From an uncultured Spirochaetaceae bacterium (lineage in GTDB: Bacteria > Spirochaetota > Spirochaetia > UBA9216), in the NCBI GenBank assembly GCA_964472775.1, contig CAYYNJ010000001.1:1-47580 (forward strand): DNA of 47,580 bases, read 5' to 3'. A program made the translations under genes and the position numbers. Below the pieces are notes generated by a model. It had not been told where the DNA came from. It saw only the letters and a program-made list of their open reading frames with translations, and did no database searches. How positions within the stretch are numbered: position 1 is the stretch's first letter; each line of letters begins with the position of its first letter. Below, piece after piece: positions 1 to 8,746 of the stretch.

Positions 1-8
1 CAGACCTA

Positions 9-545
9 TTGAGCTTCCGAATATATTCTATGACTTCGGCAAGTGGGACCTCAGGGCTGACCGGGCTTTCCACCCCCCGGCGGGAAGTCCTCAGGTTCGG
101 TCTGCTGTTGGAAGATCTCAATGCCCCCTTCGCTGATCTTCCCCGGGCGGACCGGAACATCATTTCATTCCGGCGCCGGGGTGAGGCGGCGGTGCTGGAT
201 CTGGTTTTGACCCGGGAGAACTTTACCCAGGTTTCGGCGTTTTTTCCGGCCCTGGATCAAGGACTCCTGGATTACTTCATCCCCCAGGGGCAGGGCTTTG
301 TCAGTGAGGAGCTCTACAAGGAAGATTTAGCCTACGCCTTGGAAGATTATCTGGGGGAGTACCGGCTCGAACAGGTTCTGGAAGAATCGGTGATCGAAAT
401 AAGCATCGATGTGGAGGGGCGCGTGGAGTCCCAGAGGGGAGGCCGAATTTCTTCGGAGGGGGGGGTTTTTTCCATTCCCTTGCTGAAGGTTCTTCTTCTT
501 AATCAGCCTCTGGAGTACAATCTTACTTTTCTGCCCCGGGACTGA
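9..545 (+). CDS. hypothetical protein; may be 5'-truncated by the window edge
   Basis: ORF-track ORF starting at TTG 9. The frame stays open back to the window edge. No motif I recognise. Confidence 0.35.
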   Translation: MSFRIYSMTSASGTSGLTGLSTPRREVLRFGLLLEDLNAPFADLPRADRNIISFRRRGEAAVLDLVLTRENFTQVSAFFPALDQGLLDYFIPQGQGFVSEELYKEDLAYALEDYLGEYRLEQVLEESVIEISIDVEGRVESQRGGRISSEGGVFSIPLLKVLLLNQPLEYNLTFLPRD

Positions 546-579
546 AAAAAATCGGGGCGGCGGTCTCCCGGAAAGGGGG

Positions 580-1371
580 ATGTTATATTATAGTGAAGCT
601 ATGGAAAACCGGTTTAACGAGGGAAAGAGGGTCTTTTTCGTCTATCCCCACAGTGTCTTTCAAGAAAATCTGATTCAGAATCTGGTAAATCAGGAGTATG
701 AGATTTACCTGATCAAGGATCACACCTACATAAATACCATCATCGATACCTATCCTGACGCCATTTTGTTTCTCAACATCGACAAAGGTCTGACCCGCTT
801 AGAGTGGGAAAAGTTTATCCGGAGCCTTCTTGGGTCGGAAGATCCGCCCACTTTCAGGATAGGCATCATCAGTTATGAATTTGAGCAGGCCCTGGCGGAA
901 CTTTATTTGATGGAACTTGCCTTACCCGGAGGATATATCCAGCTGAAACAGAGCCTGGATAAGGCTACCAACATCATTTCCAAAACCCTTGAGGCCAACG
1001 AGGTCCGGGGCCGGCGGAAGTATGTCCGGTGTCAGATGGAGCCTGAACGGGCTCCGGATTTTAACGTGATGATGGACGGTACCCTGGCGAAGGGTAAGGT
1101 TTTAGACATCAGTTCCGCGGGAATGGCGGTTTCCGTGTCGGGGGGAATCGAATTTCCCAAAAACATCCTCCTCCGGGACATCCAGATTAATTTGACCGGC
1201 CGCCGTCTTAGGGTTTCCGGAGTGGTCATAGGATTCAGGGAAACTCCCGGGGGGCCCAAGGTTTTTGTGCTTCTCTTTGACAAGTCCGTGGACTCTGAAA
1301 CCAGGGGAACCATCAGGAGTTTTGTCCACAATCGGCTCCAGGAACAGCTGGACCGTAAGTTCCAGCTTTAG
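580..1371 (+). CDS. PilZ-domain c-di-GMP receptor with an N-terminal receiver-like domain (PlzA-like architecture)
   Basis: The C-terminal half carries RKYVR followed by DISSAG, matching the RxxxR / (D/N)xSxxG PilZ signature. Size 263 aa. Confidence 0.7.
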   Translation: MLYYSEAMENRFNEGKRVFFVYPHSVFQENLIQNLVNQEYEIYLIKDHTYINTIIDTYPDAILFLNIDKGLTRLEWEKFIRSLLGSEDPPTFRIGIISYEFEQALAELYLMELALPGGYIQLKQSLDKATNIISKTLEANEVRGRRKYVRCQMEPERAPDFNVMMDGTLAKGKVLDISSAGMAVSVSGGIEFPKNILLRDIQINLTGRRLRVSGVVIGFRETPGGPKVFVLLFDKSVDSETRGTIRSFVHNRLQEQLDRKFQL

Positions 1372-1376
1372 AAAAT

Positions 1377-1826
1377 CTAAACTCCCAGCATTTCCTTAAG
1401 TGACCGTTTGTCCAGCACCTCGAAATAGAGCCTTTCCCCCGTGGTGAGGGTGAGTTCCTGGATGGGGCGGCCGAAGAAGGCCGCCAGGGATGTTATCACC
1501 GGGGTTTCTCCCGGGGCTCCGGAGAGTTTTCTTTTAGCCGTACTCTGGGTAACCGGTTTTACCCCGGCGATATCAGCGGCGGGAATCTCATAGATGGTTT
1601 TCTCATATTTTTTCTTTGTCGTTTTGACAATGAGGCCCATCAAAGCCGATTCTTTCTCAAAATCTTCAAACACCAGGGTTTCTCCCGCCAGGTAGAGGAG
1701 CCCCGAAAGTTCTCTCTCCTCCCGTTCTGTGGATCCCAACAACCGGGCGAAGCTGCGGAATCGGAGGTCTCCTCCGTATTGGTTCGTTCTTTCCGCCCAG
1801 AAATCATCTGTATCGTGGTTAGTCAT
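1377..1826 (-). CDS. hypothetical protein
   Basis: ORF-track ORF 1377..1841 begins at TTG. The first ATG (MTNHDTDDFW) is at 1826. No recognisable motif. Confidence 0.4.
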   Translation of the reverse strand: MTNHDTDDFWAERTNQYGGDLRFRSFARLLGSTEREERELSGLLYLAGETLVFEDFEKESALMGLIVKTTKKKYEKTIYEIPAADIAGVKPVTQSTAKRKLSGAPGETPVITSLAAFFGRPIQELTLTTGERLYFEVLDKRSLKEMLGV

Positions 1827-1855
1827 ACCGTGACTATACAACGAAGTCTTTCCTT

Positions 1856-2305
1856 TTGGTAGGGCCTTTGGGATGGGTTACCACCGCTTTGACAGACCAT
1901 TCCTTTGGGGCTACACTGATCTCAGCCTGGAAGGTTTTAGGCGGGAGGATTTTTTTGCCGGAAGAAGAAAAGGACCGAAGCAGGTATCATCAAATCCTCG
2001 ATTTTCTCGATGGAAAGACCGAGCTCTCCGGGGAAGAAGGAGAGGCCATGAACAGCCTTCTCTGGTCTCTTCAGGAAGAGTGGATGTACCTTTGGCTTCG
2101 TACCAAGGACCGGGGGCTTCTTTCTGAAATCATTTCCCTGGCTCACAGGCTCCAGGCCCTGGGCCGGGAGCGGGGGATTGTCATGGTGACCCTCTACGGT
2201 CAGGAATTAGAAGAGAGGGCCCTCAGCTTTGAACACACCGCCTATGAGGAAGTCTTGGGTCTTTTCCCCCGGCTGGTGCAGATCCTGGGGAGGGGGCGGG
2301 CATGA
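1856..2305 (+). CDS. hypothetical protein, coupled to the downstream kinase gene
   Basis: 149-aa ORF. Its stop overlaps the kinase start (ATGA at 2302-2305). The TTG start is uncertain. Confidence 0.4.
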   Translation: MVGPLGWVTTALTDHSFGATLISAWKVLGGRIFLPEEEKDRSRYHQILDFLDGKTELSGEEGEAMNSLLWSLQEEWMYLWLRTKDRGLLSEIISLAHRLQALGRERGIVMVTLYGQELEERALSFEHTAYEEVLGLFPRLVQILGRGRA

Positions 2306-3423
2306 ATCGGATCATCATCATGGATCCCGGGGGGGATCATCTTTCCCGCCTGGCCCGGATCTTTTGGGAAGACGGCTACGATCTATCCCTGGTAAGGGAT
2401 GAAAGCCTCTTCTGGAAGAGGATGAAGATTGTCAGTTTCGATGCCGTGATAGTCCTGACGGGACCGGGTTTTTCTGAAGCGGAGTCGTTCTGCCGCCGGT
2501 TTAAGGAAGAATACGGCGGGCAGGGAATTTCTCTGATTCTCCTTCTCTCTTCACCAGTCTCCTATTCTCCCGGCCTCTACCTCCAGTGGGGGGCTTCGGA
2601 TTATCTCCGGCCGCCCTGGGACAAGGAAGAACTCCTGGTCATCACAAAGATGAACATCAAAGAAAGGGAGCAGATTCACTTTCTCATGGAACGCAACTAT
2701 GTGTTAGAAAAGGCGAATCAGGAGAAGGACCGGTTTTTCTCAATTCTCAGCCACGATCTCAAGGCGCCGTTTCAGGGCCTGGTGGGGCTGCTGGAAATAC
2801 TCTACGGCGAGTTTGATGACCTCAAGGTGGAAGAAATTAAGGGATACATTCGCAATATCCATGATTCCACGAAGAGGACCTTTCGGGTCCTGGAAAACCT
2901 TCTGGACTGGTCGGGGTTTCAGGCCGGGAGGCTTCGATGGAGTCCTCAGGATCTGGATCTGCGGATCCTGGCGGAGGATACGGTGTCCCTGTTTCCCTTC
3001 TGTTCCCGGGACAAGGGAGTGACCCTGGTAAACCGGGTGCCGGACAATTTTCTGGTTTTCGCCGACCAGAGAATGATCGAATCGGTGATGCGTAACCTGG
3101 TGTACAACGGCATTAAGTTCTCTCACCCCGGCGGAGAGGTGATCATTTCCGCCCGGGAATCGGTGGATTATTACGAGGTTTCGGTGGATGACCAGGGGGT
3201 GGGCATCTCCCGGGAAACCCTTTCCCGGATCTTCAGCCGGGGTCTCACCGAAAGTTCTCCCGGGACCGCCCAGGAAACCGGCACCGGTATGGGGCTCCAG
3301 CTCTCCATGCAGTTCATCGAAAAACACGGCGGTCAGTTCTGGATTCACAGTGAGCCCGGCGAGGGTTCCAGCGTCAGGTTCAGTCTGCCGAAACGGCAGG
3401 TTCCCCTGGACCGCTGTCTGTGA
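2302..3423 (+). CDS. sensor histidine kinase with an N-terminal degenerate receiver-like domain
   Basis: H-box FFSILSHDLKAPF, N-box NLVYNGIKFS, G1 DDQGVGIS, G2 GTGMGLQL. The N-terminal ~120 aa look REC-like, but the usual phospho-Asp position reads DAVIVLTGPG. Confidence 0.8.
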   Translation: MNRIIIMDPGGDHLSRLARIFWEDGYDLSLVRDESLFWKRMKIVSFDAVIVLTGPGFSEAESFCRRFKEEYGGQGISLILLLSSPVSYSPGLYLQWGASDYLRPPWDKEELLVITKMNIKEREQIHFLMERNYVLEKANQEKDRFFSILSHDLKAPFQGLVGLLEILYGEFDDLKVEEIKGYIRNIHDSTKRTFRVLENLLDWSGFQAGRLRWSPQDLDLRILAEDTVSLFPFCSRDKGVTLVNRVPDNFLVFADQRMIESVMRNLVYNGIKFSHPGGEVIISARESVDYYEVSVDDQGVGISRETLSRIFSRGLTESSPGTAQETGTGMGLQLSMQFIEKHGGQFWIHSEPGEGSSVRFSLPKRQVPLDRCL

Positions 3424-3446
3424 GAGGCCCGGGCGCCGGCGGCGCC

Positions 3447-3878
3447 CTATCCTTTTTGTCCCTGTAGGGTTACCACCACCCGGCGGGATCCTCCCCTGTT
3501 CCGGTGTTCGCAAAGGTAGATCCCCTGCCATGTTCCCAGGTTGAAACGGCCCTTCGTCACCGGCAGGGAAAGGCCGGCCCCCAGGAGGGCGCTTTTCCCG
3601 TGGGCGGGCATGTCATCGGGCCCCTCCAGGGTATGAACGTAGTACGGTTCTCTCTCGGGCACCAGATGATTGAACAGCGATTCCAGGTCTCTTCTCACAT
3701 CGGGGTCGGCATTTTCGTTGAGACTTAATGAGGCGGAGGTGTGCTTCAGATGGATGTGGGCCAGGCCCAGCTCAAGTTCCCGCATCTCCGGCAGGGCCGA
3801 TTCAAGCTCGGCGGTGATCAGGTGAAAGCCTCGGCTCCGGGGTTTTAGGGTAATCTCTTTCTGTATCCAGGTCATCAT
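3447..3878 (-). CDS. YjbQ/UPF0047-family protein (secondary thiamine-phosphate synthase-like)
   Basis: 143 aa. Family-typical motifs: GFHLIT, HTSASL, NENADPDV, H.KS.L.G, G.LNLGTWQGIY..EH. Confidence 0.75.
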   Translation of the reverse strand: MMTWIQKEITLKPRSRGFHLITAELESALPEMRELELGLAHIHLKHTSASLSLNENADPDVRRDLESLFNHLVPEREPYYVHTLEGPDDMPAHGKSALLGAGLSLPVTKGRFNLGTWQGIYLCEHRNRGGSRRVVVTLQGQKG

Positions 3879-3920
3879 TCCAGCATAGCCGGAAAATGGC
3901 CGGTTGTGCTATAGTCGGGT

Positions 3921-5435
3921 ATGCTGCTGATTCATCCTCCCGGGGCGCGGGCGGGGGAGCCGTTTCCCGGCCCCGCCCGTCTCGCCGGAGCCCTGAAAAG
4001 CGCCGGGACCCCCGGCTTCGTCTGGGACGCCTCCCTGGAGGGGCTTCTGTATCTGGTCCGCCAAGCCCGGGCCGTTCCGGGGGATACCCGGCACAACCGG
4101 GCGGTGAAAAACCGGGCGGCGGTATTAGCGGGGCTCTCCGGGCCGGAGGGGTACGGGAATTTTGACCGGTACAAACAGCTTACCGAGTACCTTGCCAGCC
4201 TTTTGCCCTCTTCCGGCCGGGGCAGCCGGTGGGATATTACTCCTTCCAACTACACCGATACCCTTTGGGACCCCCTGGAGCCGGCGGATCTGGCTGCTGC
4301 CGCGGAAAATCCCGAAGAGAGCCCCTATTTCTCCTGGTTCTCCCGCCGGATTCCTGAATTGATGCAGGAGCGTTTTCCCGGCGGCCCGCCCCGCCGGGCG
4401 GGATTCTCCTTCAGCTTTCTCAGTCAGGCCTTGCCGGGGATGGCCCTGGCGGGATTCCTCCGCCGGGAGTATCCGGAGACGGAGATTTTCTTCGGCGGCG
4501 GTTTAATTACCTCCTGGGTCCGGAGAGTGGGCTCCCTGGCGTTTTTATCACCCTGGGCGGACCGGGTGGTGGCGGGGCCCGGGGAGGATGCGGTGGCTCC
4601 GGAGAGGGACGCCGGCGCCTTAACCCACGATTTTTCTCATGTCCACTCCCTGCCCTACCTCTCTCCGGGGCTGGTTCTGCCCTTCGGTTCCGCCCTGGGC
4701 TGCCCTTGGCGGAAATGCAGCTTCTGTCCCGAGACCTGCGAGCAGAATCCGTATCTGCCCCTGGGGGCCCGGCGGAGCCTTCAGGAGATGCGGATTCTGG
4801 GGGAACAATACGACCCCGTGCTGTTTCACATCACCGACAGCGAGATCTCCCCGGCCCTGCTGAAGGGGCTGGCCGGCGGCGGGGTGGGGGTTCCCTGGTA
4901 CGGCTTCGCCCGGTTTTCCCCCCTTCTGGAGGATCCCCGGTTCTGCCGGCGCCTGGCGGTGTCGGGGTGCCGGATGTTGGCCCTGGGGCTGGAATCGGGG
5001 GATCCGGCGGTGCTGAGGGCCATGAACAAGGGGATTAACCTGGAAAAGGTACCGGAGGTTCTGGAGAACTTGAAGGAAGCGGGCATCGGAACCTACGTGT
5101 ATCTGCTTTTCGGGACCCCCGAAGAGGACGAAACCGCCGCCTTGAGGACCCGGGATTTCACCGCCGCCCACGCTCACCTGATGGATTTTATCAGTCCTGC
5201 GGTTTTCAACATGCCCCTGGGGCCGGGATCTGATTCCGGGGAAGCCGGTGACGGGGCGGGGCTTCGGCCTGCCCCCTTGAGTCTCTACCGGGATTTTACC
5301 CATCCCCGGAACTGGAGCCGGGACAGGGTCCGCCGGTTTCTGGCGGCGGATTTTCGGGGGACTCCGGAGATAAGGACGGTACTGAATCGGACCCCGCCCT
5401 ATTTCACCTCCAGTCATGCTCCGTTTTTTTTGTAA
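3921..5435 (+). CDS. radical SAM protein with an N-terminal B12-binding-like domain
   Basis: N-terminus MLLIHPP... is typical of B12-binding/radical SAM fusions. Cys cluster GCPWRKCSFCPETC at 4698-4739. Confidence 0.65.
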   Translation: MLLIHPPGARAGEPFPGPARLAGALKSAGTPGFVWDASLEGLLYLVRQARAVPGDTRHNRAVKNRAAVLAGLSGPEGYGNFDRYKQLTEYLASLLPSSGRGSRWDITPSNYTDTLWDPLEPADLAAAAENPEESPYFSWFSRRIPELMQERFPGGPPRRAGFSFSFLSQALPGMALAGFLRREYPETEIFFGGGLITSWVRRVGSLAFLSPWADRVVAGPGEDAVAPERDAGALTHDFSHVHSLPYLSPGLVLPFGSALGCPWRKCSFCPETCEQNPYLPLGARRSLQEMRILGEQYDPVLFHITDSEISPALLKGLAGGGVGVPWYGFARFSPLLEDPRFCRRLAVSGCRMLALGLESGDPAVLRAMNKGINLEKVPEVLENLKEAGIGTYVYLLFGTPEEDETAALRTRDFTAAHAHLMDFISPAVFNMPLGPGSDSGEAGDGAGLRPAPLSLYRDFTHPRNWSRDRVRRFLAADFRGTPEIRTVLNRTPPYFTSSHAPFFL

Positions 5436-5484
5436 CAACCCCGTTCCGCCGGGTGTAAACTCCCTGGTGTTTCGCACCGTGGAT

Positions 5485-5513
5485 AAAAAAAGCCCCGCCG
5501 TTCAGGCGGGGCT
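5485..5513 (-). terminator. intrinsic terminator downstream of aspS
   Basis: Hairpin AGCCCCGCC / GGCGGGGCT (5491-5513) preceded on the plus strand by A7, which reads as a U7 tail on the minus strand. Confidence 0.6.
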
Positions 5514-5543
5514 CCGGCAGCTTCGTGCCGCGGACAGGGCCGG

Positions 5544-7316
5544 TTATTCCTCTTCTAGGGTAGAGGCGATAAACAGCTCCTCCAGCTGTTCTTCCTCCAC
5601 CAGTCCCGGTGCCTCGGTCATCAGGCAGGTGGCCTTCTGGGTCTTGGGAAAGGCGATGACATCCCGGATGGATTCGGTGCCTAAAAGCAGCATGATCAGC
5701 CGGTCTAGTCCCAGGGCGAGGCCTCCGTGGGGGGGGGCGCCGTACTTCAGGGCATCTAAAAGAAAACCGAACTTATCCCGGGCCGCTTCCTCGTCAATTC
5801 CCAGGATGGCGAAGACCCGCTCCTGCAGTTTCCGGTCGTGGATACGGATGCTGCCGCCTCCCACCTCACAGCCGTTCATCACCAGGTCGTAGGCGTTGGT
5901 CCGGATGGCGTAGATGTCGTCGTCTAAAAGGTGTTCGTCTTCGGGCACCGGAGCGGTGAAGGGATGATGAAGCGCCGAAGGTTTGGCCCGGTGATCCTTT
6001 TCAAACATGGGAAAATCAACCACCCAGGTGAAGGCGAAGGAAGAGGGATCGTAAAGCCCCAGCTTGCGGCCGAAGTGGAGGCGCAGCTCCGACAGGCTCT
6101 GGCTCACCACCTCTTCCTTGTCCGCCAGGAAGATCAGTACATCCCCGGTTTCAGCCTTCATGGTTTCGTAGAGAGACCGGGTTTCCTCTTCGCTGAAAAA
6201 CTTGATGATGGGCGACTGGGGTCCTTCGGGGTTCATCCTTATCCAGGCCACCCCCTTGGCCTTGAACTGGGCCGCCAGGGGGGTCATATCGTCCAGATCC
6301 TTCCGGCTCAGCTTCTCCGAATGGCCCTTCAGGTTGATGGCCCGGACGCAGCCGCCGGCCTCTACGGCCTTGCGGAAAACGGTGAACTGGCTTTCCCGGA
6401 AGATCTCCGTCACATCCTGAATCTTCAGGCCGAACCTCAGGTCCGGAGCGTCGTTTCCGTATTCCGCCATGGCCCGCTGGTAGGTGATCCGAGGCAGCGG
6501 CAGGGGCAGCTCTTCACCCCGAAGCTCTTTAAAGAGCCGGGCGAAGAGGCCTTCCACCATGGCCATCACGTCTTCCTTGTCCACGAAGGCCATCTCCAAG
6601 TCCACCTGGGTAAATTCGGGCTGCCGGTTGGCCCTCAGATCCTCGTCGCGGAAGCAGCGGGCTATCTGGATATACCGGTCGTAGCCGGCGATCATCAGGG
6701 CTTGTTTGTAGAGCTGGGGGCTCTGGGGCAGGGCGAAAAATTTCCCCGGGTTCACCCGGCTGGGGACCAGGTAATCCCGGGCTCCCTCGGGGGTGGCCCG
6801 TCCCAGGATGGGGGTCTCAATATCAACGAACTCGTTGTCTTTGAAATATTCCCTGATCAGGCTTACCACCCGGCTGCGGAAAATGAGCATCTCCTGCTGT
6901 TTGGCCCCCCGCAGGTCAAGGAAACGGTTTTTTAACCGGGATTCTTCGTTGACTCCCTCGGCGTGCTGGACGTCGAAGGGAGGGGTGGAAGATTTATTCA
7001 AAAGTTCGAAGTCGGTGACGTAGAGCTCCACCTCACCGGTAAGAAGCCGGGGGTTCTGCATCCCCTCGGGCCGGGCTCTCACCTCTCCTGTGACGGAGAT
7101 GACATCCTGGCTTCTGAGGTGGTGGGCCTCTTTGTGAAAATCTCCCGCCGTTTCGGGGTGGAATACCACCTGGGTCAGCCCCCACCGGTCCCGCAGGTCG
7201 ATGAAGGCCACCCCGCCGTGGTCCCGGTAGTTTTCCACCCAACCGCTTAAGGTGGCGCTGCTTCCGGCATCGGTTCGTCTTAGTTCTCCGCATCTATGGG
7301 TTCGTTTCAGTCTCAT
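5544..7316 (-). CDS. aspS: aspartate--tRNA ligase
   Basis: 590 aa. N-terminus RTHRCGELR; class II AspRS motifs (FRDEDLRA, GGGSIRIH, GLDRL). Confidence 0.95.
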   Translation of the reverse strand: MRLKRTHRCGELRRTDAGSSATLSGWVENYRDHGGVAFIDLRDRWGLTQVVFHPETAGDFHKEAHHLRSQDVISVTGEVRARPEGMQNPRLLTGEVELYVTDFELLNKSSTPPFDVQHAEGVNEESRLKNRFLDLRGAKQQEMLIFRSRVVSLIREYFKDNEFVDIETPILGRATPEGARDYLVPSRVNPGKFFALPQSPQLYKQALMIAGYDRYIQIARCFRDEDLRANRQPEFTQVDLEMAFVDKEDVMAMVEGLFARLFKELRGEELPLPLPRITYQRAMAEYGNDAPDLRFGLKIQDVTEIFRESQFTVFRKAVEAGGCVRAINLKGHSEKLSRKDLDDMTPLAAQFKAKGVAWIRMNPEGPQSPIIKFFSEEETRSLYETMKAETGDVLIFLADKEEVVSQSLSELRLHFGRKLGLYDPSSFAFTWVVDFPMFEKDHRAKPSALHHPFTAPVPEDEHLLDDDIYAIRTNAYDLVMNGCEVGGGSIRIHDRKLQERVFAILGIDEEAARDKFGFLLDALKYGAPPHGGLALGLDRLIMLLLGTESIRDVIAFPKTQKATCLMTEAPGLVEEEQLEELFIASTLEEE

Positions 7317-8746
7317 TATCTTCCTGCCTCAAGTTTATCCTGTATAATTTTCTGGGCGATTTTCGGGATCGCCGAACCGCCGGTGGCTTTCATGATCTGG
7401 CCCATGAGAAACCCTATCTGCCGCTGTTCTCCCGCCCGAACCGCTTCCACCACCTGGGGATGAGCGGTGAAAACCTGTTCCACCACCGCATCCAGTTCTC
7501 CCTGATCCGCCACCTGTTCCATCCCCCGTTCGCCAACGATGGTTTCGGGGTCCTTATCTTCCTCAAATAGTATTTCCAGCACCTCTTTGCCCATCTTGTT
7601 GCTGATGCGGTCGCTTTCTACCAGATTAACCAGGTCCGCCAGCCTCTGAGGAGTCAGGGGGCTCGCATCGAGGGTCAACCCCTCACGGTTAAGAAGCTTC
7701 TGAATATCCGAACCGAGCCAGCTGGCCGCCGCCGGAGCGGGGGCTCCCGCCGCCACAGCAGCTTCAAAAAAGTCGGCGGTGGCTTTTTCGGCGATGATAA
7801 AGTCCAGCTGCTGGTCGTTAAGGCCGTGGGCCTCCCGGAGCCGTTCTTTCCTGGGAAGGGGAAGTTCCACCATCAGGGCGTCCACCCCGGTGAGAAATTC
7901 CGGGCCCGGGGCGACGGGAGGCAGGTCGGGTTCGGGAAAATACCTATAGTCGTTGGCGTTTTCCTTGCTCCGCATGCTGGCCGAGCGGTTTTGCCCCTCA
8001 TCCCAAAGCCGGGTTTCCTGTTCCACCGTTCCGCCGGATTTTAAGACCTTGGCTTGCCGCTTTGCTTCGTATTCCAGGGCCTTCTTGACGAACCGGGAAG
8101 AGTTGAGGTTTTTGATCTCCACTTTCCGGCCCAGGCCTTGCCCTCTTTCGTTCAGGCTGATGTTGGCGTCGCACCGCATGGAGCCTTCCTCCATGTTGGC
8201 GTCGGTGACCCCCAGGTAGCGGACCATCCGCTGGAACTGCTGCAGAAAGAGTTCCGCCTCTTCCCCGCTCTCCAGATCCGGTTCGGTGACAATTTCCAAG
8301 AGGGGGGTTCCCGCCCTGTTATAGTCCAGCCGGGACTGAAAGGGGGTATGGATCATTTTCCCCGCGTCCTCTTCCAGGTGGACGTCGTGAAAATGGACAG
8401 TCTTAACTTTTCCATTTCCCAATTCGATATCCATGGTACCCCCCAGCCCGCAGGGGGCGGCGTACTGGGTAATCTGATAGTTTTTGGGCATGTCGGGGTA
8501 GAAATAGGTCTTCCGTTCGAACACCGCCTTATCGCTGAGGCGGCAGTTCAGGGCCCGGGCCACCATGTAGCTCTTCTTAACGGCTTCTTCGTTCAGCGAG
8601 GGAAGCACCCCGGGATAGCCCAGGCAGACGGGGCAGACATTGGTATTGGGTTCGTCGCCGAACCGGTTGGCGCATCCGCAGAAGATTTTGGTTTTGGTGA
8701 GAAGCTGGATGTGAATCTCCAGGCCGATGAAAATCTGATAATCCAT
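7316..8746 (-). CDS. gatB: Asp-tRNA(Asn)/Glu-tRNA(Gln) amidotransferase subunit B
   Basis: 476 aa. Starts IGLEIHIQL..KIFCGC, typical of GatB. Its stop overlaps the aspS start (TAATG). Confidence 0.95.
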   Translation of the reverse strand: MDYQIFIGLEIHIQLLTKTKIFCGCANRFGDEPNTNVCPVCLGYPGVLPSLNEEAVKKSYMVARALNCRLSDKAVFERKTYFYPDMPKNYQITQYAAPCGLGGTMDIELGNGKVKTVHFHDVHLEEDAGKMIHTPFQSRLDYNRAGTPLLEIVTEPDLESGEEAELFLQQFQRMVRYLGVTDANMEEGSMRCDANISLNERGQGLGRKVEIKNLNSSRFVKKALEYEAKRQAKVLKSGGTVEQETRLWDEGQNRSASMRSKENANDYRYFPEPDLPPVAPGPEFLTGVDALMVELPLPRKERLREAHGLNDQQLDFIIAEKATADFFEAAVAAGAPAPAAASWLGSDIQKLLNREGLTLDASPLTPQRLADLVNLVESDRISNKMGKEVLEILFEEDKDPETIVGERGMEQVADQGELDAVVEQVFTAHPQVVEAVRAGEQRQIGFLMGQIMKATGGSAIPKIAQKIIQDKLEAGR

